The notes beneath the pieces are model-generated. The model had not been told where the DNA came from. It saw only the letters and a list, made by a program, of their open reading frames with translations, and ran no database searches. From a virus (Duplodnaviria > Caudoviricetes): DNA of 64,000 nt. This document shows positions 38,189-48,232 of this stretch, piece after piece. The position numbers and the translations under genes are program-made. Each line of letters starts with the position of its first letter. Position 1 is the first letter of the stretch. The stretch spans positions 1,272 to 65,271 of the IMG/VR virus record IMGVR_UViG_3300043410_000857; one strand, 5' to 3'.

Positions 38189-38388
38189 CAGAAAATCCCC
38201 GTTCCTGCATTAAGCCATACAAGTGCATTAAGTTTGTTATCTTCTACAATTGTCTGTCCATTTGCATTATCAAGTGTATTAAAATAAACGCGAAGCTGTT
38301 GGCTATATAAGTCAAAGTGTTGTTGTGAAAATGTAATAGGACTTAATGCTAATGCCGGTGCTTTTGATTTAACAATATAATCTGCCAT
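38188..38388 (-). CDS. Small tail protein
   Basis: APAL...LRVYFNTLD; follows the nozzle-like gene. Confidence 0.55.
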   Translation of the reverse strand: MADYIVKSKAPALALSPITFSQQHFDLYSQQLRVYFNTLDNANGQTIVEDNKLNALVWLNAGTGIF

Positions 38389-38389
38389 A

Positions 38390-40336
38390 TTAGTTCCTTC
38401 TTCCGTCTGGGCGTGCATCTACACGAGGCATACCAAGTTGCCATTGTGTACCTACACCGCTTGATTCAATTCTAAAATTCATTTGACGACCACGGGCACG
38501 AATAAATACTTGGTTAGTATATTGGTCAATCGTTGCTGTTGAAGTTACTACGTTAGCTGCAGTTGTAACACCTTCTGCATTAGTTGTAGCTGATGCTGCA
38601 CCAGGGAAATTACGTACACCTACAGTGATAGTTGCTTGTGGGACTATAGCAGTACCTGTTACAGGATTAGTTGTTTGAGAGCCATTAAAGTTAACATCAG
38701 GAATAATACGACGTATAAGCATATATTTATCGCCGTCATCGATGTCAACGTCAGCAGATTGAATATAAGCACTTAGTGGTAATGGAGGTGCACCAAGTGG
38801 TTGTCCATCATTAGGTCCATCTTCATGGTAATAAACCCAGCCATTATCAAATGCAATAGGTTTAGCAAAGTCGCCTGCATCAATCCAAGCAGTTCTTTCT
38901 AGATTGCCGTAATACCAGATATTTTCATTATAGTTATAGATAACATATCGATCAATCTCGTTAGAATTTTGTGAACAATAGAACCATACAATTTCATTAT
39001 ATTCGTTATTAGTGCCTGCAAAAAAGATTTGGCTTTGTTCATAGTTGATATTGTTAAATATGTATTGACGTAGTGTACAAGGTAATGCATCTACACGACC
39101 TGAGTATGTGAAGAATTTATCTCGACCCATCCAGTAAACTACGTTATTAATACCAATCACAGCATTAGGACCTACGATTGAAATATTATGTGATAGCTCT
39201 TGTAAACCAAATACTTCTTGTGTACCTAAATATTGCATAGAAGTTAAAGCCGTATCAGTAAAGATAAGCATTTCTTGGCGAGAGTTAATTGCTGCTACAA
39301 TACGAGAACCTGATTGTAATCTTAAGAAGCCTGCTGTATTAGTAAGTTCTGGTTTCCAGTTTTCTGGTTCTGGACCAATGTCAGGATCTACGTTTGCCCA
39401 ACGAATAAGTAATGGATCATAAGTACCTAAATAATTAGGTGCAGAAGCTAAAGGGTCATAAGTAGTACAACCAAGAGCTACATAGTGACCAGATGCTGCA
39501 AATAAAGATATATTAACTTGTTGAGGAACCGCAACGGCACCTGAAATAGAATTTAATAATACCGCACGAGTTGTAAATGTTGGATCATATGCCCAATAAT
39601 AAAGATCATTTGCCCAAAGATTAAATACTAAATCATTATTAAAATTATCAAAGAACTCTAATCTAGGGTAGAAATAAACAGGTAATGTAGAACCTGAACC
39701 CCATGTGCCACGAGACCAAGGACCCGCACCCCAGCCATAACCTAATGTAGTTATTGAGTATCCAATATTAATTTGGAATGCTGCAGTAATATTAGTATTG
39801 CCCGTAGAAGTTGCAGTAGAAGTTGCAGTAGTTGCAACAGTGATATAGGGCGTACCACTAATAACATCAATTTGGAATTCTTTATTAAAGTCAGATGCAG
39901 GAACGCCACCTACAGCATTTGTGACGCCACTAAATGTAACCCATTCACCGTCTTCGATGCCTGAAGTAATATTTAATATTTCAACAAGTTTAGAACCTGA
40001 TGTTGTTTTAAAGCAATTATCTGAACTAGGGATTGATGCATGTGTATAAGTAATACGAAGTGGAGTAATATCGTATAAAGTTGTGCCTGAATTTACATAG
40101 ATTTTTTCATTGGTACCTACTGCTACCAAACGACTGGCATCTGTTGTAGTCCAAGTAAATATACTACGTGCAGAACCTACATATGGATCAAACGTTTTTA
40201 CAGTCCAGCCACCTAGTTTTTCAGGAAACCCTGAACGGAAGCGAACTTTGTCCATATAGTACCAACCACCTTCTGAAGCATAATCAGTTTGGTCTTTGTT
40301 GATACCTGGTTTAAATATGAGTTTACTTAATGGCAT
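38390..40336 (-). CDS. Tail nozzle / packaged-DNA stabilisation protein (P22 gp10-like)
   Basis: KPGINK, DKVRFRSGFPEKLGGW, beta-propeller-like, RARGRQ, DARPDGRR. Confidence 0.65.
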   Translation of the reverse strand: MPLSKLIFKPGINKDQTDYASEGGWYYMDKVRFRSGFPEKLGGWTVKTFDPYVGSARSIFTWTTTDASRLVAVGTNEKIYVNSGTTLYDITPLRITYTHASIPSSDNCFKTTSGSKLVEILNITSGIEDGEWVTFSGVTNAVGGVPASDFNKEFQIDVISGTPYITVATTATSTATSTGNTNITAAFQINIGYSITTLGYGWGAGPWSRGTWGSGSTLPVYFYPRLEFFDNFNNDLVFNLWANDLYYWAYDPTFTTRAVLLNSISGAVAVPQQVNISLFAASGHYVALGCTTYDPLASAPNYLGTYDPLLIRWANVDPDIGPEPENWKPELTNTAGFLRLQSGSRIVAAINSRQEMLIFTDTALTSMQYLGTQEVFGLQELSHNISIVGPNAVIGINNVVYWMGRDKFFTYSGRVDALPCTLRQYIFNNINYEQSQIFFAGTNNEYNEIVWFYCSQNSNEIDRYVIYNYNENIWYYGNLERTAWIDAGDFAKPIAFDNGWVYYHEDGPNDGQPLGAPPLPLSAYIQSADVDIDDGDKYMLIRRIIPDVNFNGSQTTNPVTGTAIVPQATITVGVRNFPGAASATTNAEGVTTAANVVTSTATIDQYTNQVFIRARGRQMNFRIESSGVGTQWQLGMPRVDARPDGRRN

Positions 40337-40785
40337 TATTTACTTTCAAAAAGTGCACGTTCATCCAATCTACGAGTTTGTAGACCTTTCAGTATTTTAA
40401 CACCAGAACGACAATATTTCACTAACGATTCCATAGCCGCCTTTTTATCGCCCCTAAGAAGCGCTTGACGGAGTGTTGATCTTTGAAACGCCCCCAAGCC
40501 CAAATTAAAGGAAAAAGAGACCAAGCAATCAAATTCACCTTGTCGAAGAGGCACGTTAGGTAGCATCTTGCATATTCCCAACTCGAAGCGTCGTAAGTCA
40601 CGTATAAGAAGTCCATCTATTTCTTCCTTTGTAAAAGTACGATTCCAATCTGCAGGCAAAGATTTGCCGTCCCCGATAAGATGACCAACACCAACAGTCC
40701 AAAGGCCAGCAGGACATTTATAGGGCCTATTACGCACGCCTTCATGATGTTTAATAAGTTGGATACCACGTTCTGAGGTCTTCAT
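40336..40785 (-). CDS. Endolysin, GH24 lysozyme
   Basis: IKHHEG, YKCPAGLWTVGVGH, FSFNLG.G, GLQTRRLDE. Confidence 0.92.
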   Translation of the reverse strand: MKTSERGIQLIKHHEGVRNRPYKCPAGLWTVGVGHLIGDGKSLPADWNRTFTKEEIDGLLIRDLRRFELGICKMLPNVPLRQGEFDCLVSFSFNLGLGAFQRSTLRQALLRGDKKAAMESLVKYCRSGVKILKGLQTRRLDERALFESK

Positions 40786-41297
40786 TATCTACTATTATGT
40801 TTTTCCCATTGACGAGACCCAAACCAGAATCCGATAATGGACGCTAGAATACTCATCTCCTCAGTTGAGAACACTTTATCTAATGCAGTTAAAAAGAAAT
40901 CTAAGTTAGGATTTTGTGCAGTTAATACAAGAACCCAGATTAAAGAAACAATATCTACAAATACAAGTAAACCTACAAACATAAATGTAATATAAGGTCT
41001 TACTTTAGCATTTAAATCTACTACATTTTGAGATGCTTTTTCTATAAGTTGTTTATCATGGTCATATAAAGCTACACGTTCTTGAGCGTACGTTTCTGCG
41101 TACGTTCCTTCTAATTCTATTGCAGCTACTTTTTCTTGTGAAGCAAAACCTTTTTCTGCCATAAGCAAAGCTTGAGCATTTTGTAATTGAGCCATCTCAC
41201 GTTCATGTTTCTGGTCTCCCTTTTGTTGGAAGAAACTTAATACGTTTGGCAACGCTGATGATGTGATGCCTAGTAAGGCTGAGATAATTGATAGCAT
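40785..41297 (-). CDS. Holin (3TM-holin-like)
   Basis: VRPYIT, TM helices, IIGFWFGSR; adjacent to lysozyme. Confidence 0.75.
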   Translation of the reverse strand: MLSIISALLGITSSALPNVLSFFQQKGDQKHEREMAQLQNAQALLMAEKGFASQEKVAAIELEGTYAETYAQERVALYDHDKQLIEKASQNVVDLNAKVRPYITFMFVGLLVFVDIVSLIWVLVLTAQNPNLDFFLTALDKVFSTEEMSILASIIGFWFGSRQWEKHNSR

Positions 41298-41298
41298 A

Positions 41299-41694
41299 TT
41301 AGTTATTCAATGGGTTAACCATTGCCTTTCTTAATTGTTTCATTTCGTCTTTAACATTAGTTACAGTATCTACAACTTTATCTGCGGTACCTTTAGCAAC
41401 GCTATTAGCTTCAATGGCTTTACCATAAGCTTCATTTGCTTTTTCTAATGCACGATTGTTAGACATCATCACATCGACTAATTGACGTTCTACTGATTTA
41501 GATCTATCTTCAAGCACTGTGATTCTTGTTTCAACTGTGCTCATCTTTTTTACTTCCTCAATCGTCGAGGTCAAATCGTTGAAGAGGGTTATCCCGTAAT
41601 ATACTGCGCCACCTATTGGCACTAGCACTGATAAGATAATCCCCAGTATCATTTGCGCTGATAAATTCAAGGAGTATGTTTTGTTGTCGTCCAT
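41299..41694 (-). CDS. TM plus coiled-coil protein (i-spanin-like)
   Basis: One N-terminal TM, long coiled coil ending in NPL. Confidence 0.5.
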   Translation of the reverse strand: MDDNKTYSLNLSAQMILGIILSVLVPIGGAVYYGITLFNDLTSTIEEVKKMSTVETRITVLEDRSKSVERQLVDVMMSNNRALEKANEAYGKAIEANSVAKGTADKVVDTVTNVKDEMKQLRKAMVNPLNN

Positions 41695-42625
41695 AATCTT
41701 CTTCCTGTATGAGTTTTATTTGTTCTTCTATCTGTGATTGCTGCAGGTTGTAGCCTGAGTTTAAAAGCTGCATTGATAATACAATGCCAAAGCCTGGTAC
41801 TAATTCTTTACCCTTCGGTGTTTCTGGTGCTTTCACGGTACCCGATGTCGTCGTAGTACTTTGTGTTACTGAGCTTACTGTAGAGCTTGTCGTTGTCGTC
41901 GATGCTGTCCCAGATGTGCTTTCTGATTTTTGTGTATTCCCACTTGGTGTTACTGCCAAAGTAGTGTCCAGATTCCCCGTCGGTAGCGCACTTAGATCCT
42001 GCACAGTTACAGGTTCTGTTTGGGGTACTGGAGCAGTTGTGACTTGCTGACTTATCACCGAGTTTGGATTTGTTGGACTGATCGGACTTATAGGGCTCAC
42101 TGGGTTGTTGATATTCGTCGCTGTCATCGTGCAAGTATCTGACGTTGTTGACCAAGATGTCCAAGTTGGCGAACCATATGGATCCGAGCATATCGAAGTT
42201 CTTGATTCTGTTATTAATCCAGTGTAACCAGCTTGGCATGTTATTTGTCTCGTTTCAGTAGAACTAACACACGTTGGAGGATCTTGTGTGCAGTTGTTAG
42301 AAGTTGTTGTCCAAGCTCCCCAACTTTGTGAAGAACATTCATAAGTCCTAGTTTCATTAATGGCACCTGATTGGTGAATCGGGCAAGACAAAGTTCTATA
42401 TTCAACTTGAGCTGTGCAAGCAGGTTGCGAAATAGTGTAACCGCATTCGGGAATGTGTGGATAAAGTTGACAAGCCAAAGCCTGACAAGCTTGCATAGTT
42501 GTACTATCCGTAACCCCAAGACTTGAATATACTGGACCATAAGTTGACCACTGCGTCGCATAACAGTAAGCATATGCGTTACTCCTTAGTAGGAGGAAGA
42601 GCAGGAATATTGTAATCCTCACCAT
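41558..42625 (-). CDS. Secreted Cys-rich repeat protein
   Basis: Signal peptide (AYA), two ExRTxxC..G.I.ExRT..C...WxxW..TSxxC repeats, Thr/Ser/Pro-rich linker. Confidence 0.6.
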   Translation of the reverse strand: MVRITIFLLFLLLRSNAYAYCYATQWSTYGPVYSSLGVTDSTTMQACQALACQLYPHIPECGYTISQPACTAQVEYRTLSCPIHQSGAINETRTYECSSQSWGAWTTTSNNCTQDPPTCVSSTETRQITCQAGYTGLITESRTSICSDPYGSPTWTSWSTTSDTCTMTATNINNPVSPISPISPTNPNSVISQQVTTAPVPQTEPVTVQDLSALPTGNLDTTLAVTPSGNTQKSESTSGTASTTTTSSTVSSVTQSTTTTSGTVKAPETPKGKELVPGFGIVLSMQLLNSGYNLQQSQIEEQIKLIQEEDYGRQQNILLEFISANDTGDYLISASANRWRSILRDNPLQRFDLDD

Positions 42626-43061
42626 ATAGTTTTTTAAATCTTTCTGGATATTTAGTAAACCAAGCTTTCTTTGCAGCTGCGCCTACAGCACCGCCCATAG
42701 GACAAGGTGAGCCTGACATCTCCATAGCATCCCATACAGTTTGATCTTGGCATAATACTGACACTGCTGCTACTTTTAAACCTAAGTCATTTAATGTTTT
42801 GGCTAATTTAATTTTCACACAGTTCTGATCAAGGAGTACCGTCCCTGCAGAAACAGAAAATACGCCAACGTTGCCAGCACCTGATACAGGCACAGCACAA
42901 ACATCTTGACTAAATGCAGACATGGAGGGAGCCATGGCACTAGGTACCGGCATCCCTTTATTCTGTATTACAGTAGTTTCAGCGCGAGCTGGTGATGAAA
43001 GATGTAGCTCAACTAGCAGTATTAAAAATACTGTAATTAAAAACCCAGCTAGGATTTTCAT
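42579..43061 (-). CDS. Secreted Cys-containing conserved phage protein
   Basis: Signal peptide (ARA), SAMAPS..C, DQNC...LGLKVAAVSVLCQD, GSPCP. Confidence 0.65.
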   Translation of the reverse strand: MKILAGFLITVFLILLVELHLSSPARAETTVIQNKGMPVPSAMAPSMSAFSQDVCAVPVSGAGNVGVFSVSAGTVLLDQNCVKIKLAKTLNDLGLKVAAVSVLCQDQTVWDAMEMSGSPCPMGGAVGAAAKKAWFTKYPERFKKLYGEDYNIPALPPTKE

Positions 43062-43387
43062 TATGCAGCTGGTGGTTCTACTGGTGCTGGATTAGGATTT
43101 TCCCATGTCCATGTAGTTGTATTTAATACCCAATCATCACCTGGTTTAGGTGCATAGAATACATCGTTAGCACGATCATATGTATAACCAATACCAGCAT
43201 AGTTGCCTCTTAATGCAACACCGCCATCTGGTTGACCATCTTGACCATAGTGTACGCCACCACGAGTATTGTATGATGTTTGAATCCATTCACCTGGTGT
43301 AGAATCTACATAGGTATCAAAGAATTCTTTTTCAGCAACGATAACTTGCGTTACCTTACCGTCTGTTACTTTTGCAAAATGTGACAT
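43061..43387 (-). CDS. Small fibre-associated protein
   Basis: MSHFAKV, WIQTSYN, RGNYAGIGYTYD, DVFYAPKP. Confidence 0.65.
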   Translation of the reverse strand: MSHFAKVTDGKVTQVIVAEKEFFDTYVDSTPGEWIQTSYNTRGGVHYGQDGQPDGGVALRGNYAGIGYTYDRANDVFYAPKPGDDWVLNTTTWTWENPNPAPVEPPAA

Positions 43388-43413
43388 TTACTTCTCCTTG
43401 TGTTAAAAAATTG

Positions 43414-44409
43414 TTAAGCTGTGTATGTACCAGAACCGCTGGTCCATTTAATTATAGTATTACTTCCTGATGTTGTCACGGTCGGTGAGCCAGTTGTAGT
43501 ACCTGTATAATTTGCTGTAGGTACTGAAATAATAACTACACCCGAACCTCCAGCACCAGAATAATTTGTGCCATTAGCGCCTCCACCTCCACCACCACCA
43601 GTGTTTGCAGTTCCAGCAATTGCAGCACCTCCGCCTCCGCCATTTCCATCACCTGCACCTCTACCACCTCCACCAGCTCCACCTGAGCCTGCTGTGCCAG
43701 TAGTTGTATATGATGCCCCTCCACCTCCACCAGCGTATGTAACTGAAGAACCTGTAATAGAAGATGCGGTTCCAGCACCACCATTACCACCAGCAGAAGA
43801 AGTTCCTAATCCGCCTACAGCACTTGCCCCACCACCTCCGCCTGATCCATAAACTGGTGCTGTTTCAGTACCTAATCCACCAGCGTTACCTTGTCCTGGT
43901 GTACCAGATCCTGCTGTGCCTGATCCATTATAAGTAGCCGCTCCACCGCCTGATCCACCATTTGCACCATTTCTATTATTTGGTGAATCTGTTCCTGCTC
44001 CGCCACCACCTCCGCCTATGGCGGTTGTTAATCCAGTAAATGTAGAATTACTTCCAGACGCAGAAGATCCATAAGTCTGACTAGATCCGCCAGCACCTAC
44101 TACCGCTGTATAAACTGTACCGACAGCTAGAGTTGTAGTACCAGTTAAATATCCACCAGCACCTCCTCCGCCACCCCGTCCAGTATTTGGTCCATTTTGA
44201 CCTCCGCCTCCGCCTCCAGCAACTACTAAATATGAAGCAGTATATGTAGGTGCAGTAGAAACTAAGACCCATGAAGTACCGTTATAAACTTCTAGCTGAG
44301 CATAGCTTGTGTTATATCCAGTTTGTCCTGTTGCGGGTGATGTAGGCCTTGCTGCTGTTGTCCAGCTAGGAAATCCTGCGCCTGTTGTTCCACCTAATAT
44401 AAATGCCAT
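43414..44409 (-). CDS. Glycine-rich tail fibre / receptor-binding protein 5
   Basis: YLVVAGGGGGG...ANTGGGGGG...GGSGVVII; conserved C-terminus SGTYTA. Confidence 0.75.
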   Translation of the reverse strand: MAFILGGTTGAGFPSWTTAARPTSPATGQTGYNTSYAQLEVYNGTSWVLVSTAPTYTASYLVVAGGGGGGQNGPNTGRGGGGGAGGYLTGTTTLAVGTVYTAVVGAGGSSQTYGSSASGSNSTFTGLTTAIGGGGGGAGTDSPNNRNGANGGSGGGAATYNGSGTAGSGTPGQGNAGGLGTETAPVYGSGGGGGASAVGGLGTSSAGGNGGAGTASSITGSSVTYAGGGGGASYTTTGTAGSGGAGGGGRGAGDGNGGGGGAAIAGTANTGGGGGGGANGTNYSGAGGSGVVIISVPTANYTGTTTGSPTVTTSGSNTIIKWTSGSGTYTA

Positions 44410-44427
44410 TTGTTTCTCCTAAAATCT

Positions 44428-45432
44428 TTAAGCTGTATAAGTTCCTGAACCAGAGGTCCATTTAATAATTGTATTAGCACCTGATGTTGTAATCGTAGGA
44501 CTTCCTGTCGTTGTACCTGAATAGTTTGCAGTTGGGACAGATAAAATAACTACACCCGAACCTCCAGCTCCACCAGCTAATCTTGGATAAGGTGAAGTAT
44601 CTCCATTAGTGCCACCACCTCCACCACCACCACCTGTATTGGCTGTAGCCGTACCTCCTACTGTACCTGCTGAACCCCCATTTCCTCCATTAGCACCACC
44701 ACCTGCTGAAGCAGTTCCGCCTGTGCCTCCATTTTGACCTCCAGCACCACCACCACCTGAAGCGTATGTTACTGATGATCCTGTAATTGATGAAGCAGTA
44801 CCAGATCCGCCAGAACCTCCTACTCCCGTGCTTGTAGCAGTTCCATTACCACCTGTACTGCCAGATCCACCACCTCCACCACCTACTTGATTACTACCAC
44901 CATTTCCACCATTATTACCTTGGCCTGGAGTACCAGAACCTATTGCACTTGATGCTCCTGCACCACCACCTCCAGAACCTCCAGAACCTCCTGTATTATT
45001 TGTATCACCCCCCGCACCATAACCTCCAGCAGTTGATGTAATAGTTGTCAATCCTGAGCCTGATATAGATGAATCATTTCCTGAAGTGCCTTTTGTACCT
45101 GCTCCATTAACTTGTTGTGGTGATCCAGCTCCTCCACCTCCAACTGTAGCTGTATAAATAATACCGGCATTTAAAGTCATAGTTCCAGTTAAATAACCAC
45201 CAGCACCGCCACCTCCATTATTACCACCACCCCCTCCACCAGCAACTACTAAATAAGAAGCTGTATAGGTAGGGGCTGTAGCTGTAATAATCCAAGATGA
45301 CCCATTATATACTTCTAAAGAATTTAAAGATGTATTAAATCCTGTTTGGCCTGCAGATGGTGTAGATGGGCGAGTTGCCGATGTCCATGTAGGTAAAGTC
45401 ATTCCACCAGTACTAGATATACCTAAGCTCAT
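44428..45432 (-). CDS. Glycine-rich tail fibre / receptor-binding protein 4
   Basis: Same polyglycine domain and C-terminus. Confidence 0.75.
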   Translation of the reverse strand: MSLGISSTGGMTLPTWTSATRPSTPSAGQTGFNTSLNSLEVYNGSSWIITATAPTYTASYLVVAGGGGGGNNGGGGAGGYLTGTMTLNAGIIYTATVGGGGAGSPQQVNGAGTKGTSGNDSSISGSGLTTITSTAGGYGAGGDTNNTGGSGGSGGGGAGASSAIGSGTPGQGNNGGNGGSNQVGGGGGGSGSTGGNGTATSTGVGGSGGSGTASSITGSSVTYASGGGGAGGQNGGTGGTASAGGGANGGNGGSAGTVGGTATANTGGGGGGGGTNGDTSPYPRLAGGAGGSGVVILSVPTANYSGTTTGSPTITTSGANTIIKWTSGSGTYTA

Positions 45433-45719
45433 GCGGCTTTCCTGACCCTAGTTTTTTTATTCTTTTTATTTGCTTCTAACATATCTATAAATTCACGAAT
45501 CGTTTGGTGACGAATATATTCATCTCGTATTTCTTGTGATGATGGTGGTGGTAATTCGTTTGACTCATCCCACGATACGATTTCAAAAGTACCTCCAGAG
45601 GCTGATAAGCCGTAAAGTGCACCTGGTCGTAATGACTTCATCACAATGTCAATACCAAATTGAAAACCTTGTTCGTTACTAAATTCTTTAATTAATTCTT
45701 CTATAGTCATCTTTGCCAT
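45429..45719 (-). CDS. Small fibre-associated protein (XkdW-like)
   Basis: SLRPGA...W......PPSSQEI. Confidence 0.5.
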   Translation of the reverse strand: MAKMTIEELIKEFSNEQGFQFGIDIVMKSLRPGALYGLSASGGTFEIVSWDESNELPPPSSQEIRDEYIRHQTIREFIDMLEANKKNKKTRVRKAA

Positions 45720-45728
45720 AATTATACC

Positions 45729-46988
45729 CTATGCTGTGTAAGTTCCTGAAGCTGTATATTTTAATATAGTATTTGACCCAGAGGTAGTTACAGTAGGTGA
45801 ACCAGTGGTTGTACCTGTGTATTTAGCAGTTGGAATAGAAAGAACAACTACACCAGAACCACCTGTACCTCCAGTACCACTATTTCTACGGCCTCCACCG
45901 CCACCGCCACCAGTATTAGCAGTTGCATTACCACCAGCACCAGCACCGCCACCACCAGCACCACCAGCACCTGCAGTAGCAGTTTCAGATCCACCTCCGC
46001 CACCACCACCATAATTAGCTGGAGTTCCTGTAATAGATGAAGCAGCACCTGCACCACCTGCTGTTGGATTATTATCTGAAGCATTTAATGCCGCTGCCGC
46101 TGTACCACCTCCGCCACCTGCTGATGAGTTAGATGAAACACCGCCACCATTACCCCCACCATATCCTTGACCAGGCGTACCAGCACCACCAGTAGCAAAA
46201 GTACCAGGTTGAGCAGCTCCACCGCCACCGCCACAACCGCCTGAAGCACCATTAAAACCAGGTCCATTATTACCTCCATAACCCCCACCTACGGCAGTTT
46301 GGGTTGTAACGCCTGATCCTGATAATACAGAGTTTGTACCATTTGTATTTACCGCACCACCACCACCCACAGTAATTGTATAAACTTGCGTTGGCGTAAA
46401 TGATGCAGTTCCTGTTAGTAATCCACCAGCTCCACCGCCTCCACCAGCATATGGAAATCCAGTAGTTGTACATGAGCCTCCGCCAGCACCACCAGCTTCA
46501 ACTAAATAAGAAATTGAATAGGGCTGTGTAAAAGGCGTTGATCCACCATAAACGTTACTTGAAGCTAACCAACCTTGTGTTGAATCAATATAAGTTAGTG
46601 TAATACCTTGACGGTTTGTTTTTAAAGTTGCATTACCAGAGGTGCCATTAATATTTGCACCGTTACCTGCCACAGTTATATTATTAGTAGCTGCAGTTCC
46701 TGCATAATCAACAATGACTACAAACTGACCACGAGTTGGAGTTGCTGGTAGTGTTACTGTAAACGCTGCACTTGTTGTATTACAAAAATATCCTGCGTTA
46801 GCAGTAGCTGTAAATCCAGTTGTTTGCGGTGTTGTATTCCATGCAATTGTATTTGGCATGGTTGATGAATTACTTAAAACCGCAGTACCTGTTTCTGCTG
46901 GCCATGTTAATGTGTTTGATCCTGCAATTGCTGGACCTTGCACTGTTATAACACCAGACGTATCTCCTGCTATACCAAACTTTGCCAT
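45729..46988 (-). CDS. Glycine-rich tail fibre / receptor-binding protein 3
   Basis: VTLPATP..G..DYAGTAATNNITV module plus polyglycine domain. Confidence 0.75.
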   Translation of the reverse strand: MAKFGIAGDTSGVITVQGPAIAGSNTLTWPAETGTAVLSNSSTMPNTIAWNTTPQTTGFTATANAGYFCNTTSAAFTVTLPATPTRGQFVVIVDYAGTAATNNITVAGNGANINGTSGNATLKTNRQGITLTYIDSTQGWLASSNVYGGSTPFTQPYSISYLVEAGGAGGGSCTTTGFPYAGGGGGAGGLLTGTASFTPTQVYTITVGGGGAVNTNGTNSVLSGSGVTTQTAVGGGYGGNNGPGFNGASGGCGGGGGAAQPGTFATGGAGTPGQGYGGGNGGGVSSNSSAGGGGGTAAAALNASDNNPTAGGAGAASSITGTPANYGGGGGGGSETATAGAGGAGGGGAGAGGNATANTGGGGGGGRRNSGTGGTGGSGVVVLSIPTAKYTGTTTGSPTVTTSGSNTILKYTASGTYTA

Positions 46989-48223
46989 TATGCTGTGTAG
47001 CTTCCTGAACCAGAAGTAAATTTAATAATTGTATTGCTACCTGATGTTGTAATTGTAGGAGAGCCTGTTGTAGTACCAGTATAGTTTGCAGTAGGTACGG
47101 ATAAAATAACTACGCCTGAACCGCCAGTAGAACCTGTACCTCCTCCAGAACCACCACCGCCACCACCAGTATTAGCAGTTCCTGCAGAACCTGTACCACC
47201 TTGTGAACCTGTACCACCACCTCCACTACCACCAGTACCTTGTGGGTTTACGTTAGATGCTCCGCCACCTCCGCCTGCATAGAAAGCAGGTGTACCTGTA
47301 ATTGAAGAAGCTGATCCAACTCCACCAGAAGCACCACCAGATGAAGGACCATTAGATCCAACTCCACCTGCACCGCCTCCGCCACCACTAGCAAAAGAAG
47401 GAGAACCTGGATAACCTGTACCACCTGCAAAACCTTGACCTGGAGTACCAGATCCACCAGCAGTACCACCGTTTTGACCAGATCCACCACCGCCTGATCC
47501 TCCAGAAGCACCACCACTATTAGCACCACCAGCACCTCCACCTACTGCAGTTGTAACTCCAGTTAAAGTTGAAGAACCACCTGCACTAGCTGCAGCACCT
47601 CCGCCACCTACAGTGACTGAATAAGTTGTTCCTGCTGTTGCAGAAAATGAACCAGATACTAATCCACCAGCGCCACCAGCACCACCAACCCAAAAGTTAC
47701 CTCCTTGACCACCGCCACCGCCGCCTGCTACGGATAAATATGTAATTGTGTATTGAACAGGAGAAGGGTTTCCTGAAGAGTAAACATCGGAATAATATAA
47801 CCAACCTTGAGTTGAGTCTACATAAACTAAATTTACGCAAGTACGGTTTGTACTAATTATGCCTGTACCTGTAGAACCTTGTAATTTATTACCATTTGGA
47901 TTAACTGTAATATTATTTGTAGCTGCCGTTCCTGCATAGTCAAGAATAGAAATAATTTGCCCTGCTGTAGGAGATGCTGGAAGTGTTACAGATAATGTAC
48001 CAGACGTCGTATTCATTGGGTAGCCTGTACCTGCTACTGCTGGGTTCACACTTGATGTTTGCACTGTGGTCCAGTTGACAGTATTAGGTATGTTTGATGT
48101 TGACGCTGTTGTGATAATCGTACCTGTAGCTGCTGGCAGTGTGATGGTATTAGAGCCCGCTATTGCTGGCACTGTCAGTGTTAAGGTACCTGATGTATCT
48201 CCGTTAAGTAAAATGCTTGACAT
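46988..48223 (-). CDS. Glycine-rich tail fibre / receptor-binding protein 2
   Basis: Paralogue of 45729-46988. Confidence 0.75.
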   Translation of the reverse strand: MSSILLNGDTSGTLTLTVPAIAGSNTITLPAATGTIITTASTSNIPNTVNWTTVQTSSVNPAVAGTGYPMNTTSGTLSVTLPASPTAGQIISILDYAGTAATNNITVNPNGNKLQGSTGTGIISTNRTCVNLVYVDSTQGWLYYSDVYSSGNPSPVQYTITYLSVAGGGGGGQGGNFWVGGAGGAGGLVSGSFSATAGTTYSVTVGGGGAAASAGGSSTLTGVTTAVGGGAGGANSGGASGGSGGGGSGQNGGTAGGSGTPGQGFAGGTGYPGSPSFASGGGGGAGGVGSNGPSSGGASGGVGSASSITGTPAFYAGGGGGASNVNPQGTGGSGGGGTGSQGGTGSAGTANTGGGGGGSGGGTGSTGGSGVVILSVPTANYTGTTTGSPTITTSGSNTIIKFTSGSGSYTA

Positions 48224-48232
48224 AGTTTATCC

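Noticed and set aside
45721-45729. GGGTATAAT as an internal promoter for 45429-45719
   Set aside because: The -10 box lies only 1 nt from the ATG, too close even for a leaderless transcript
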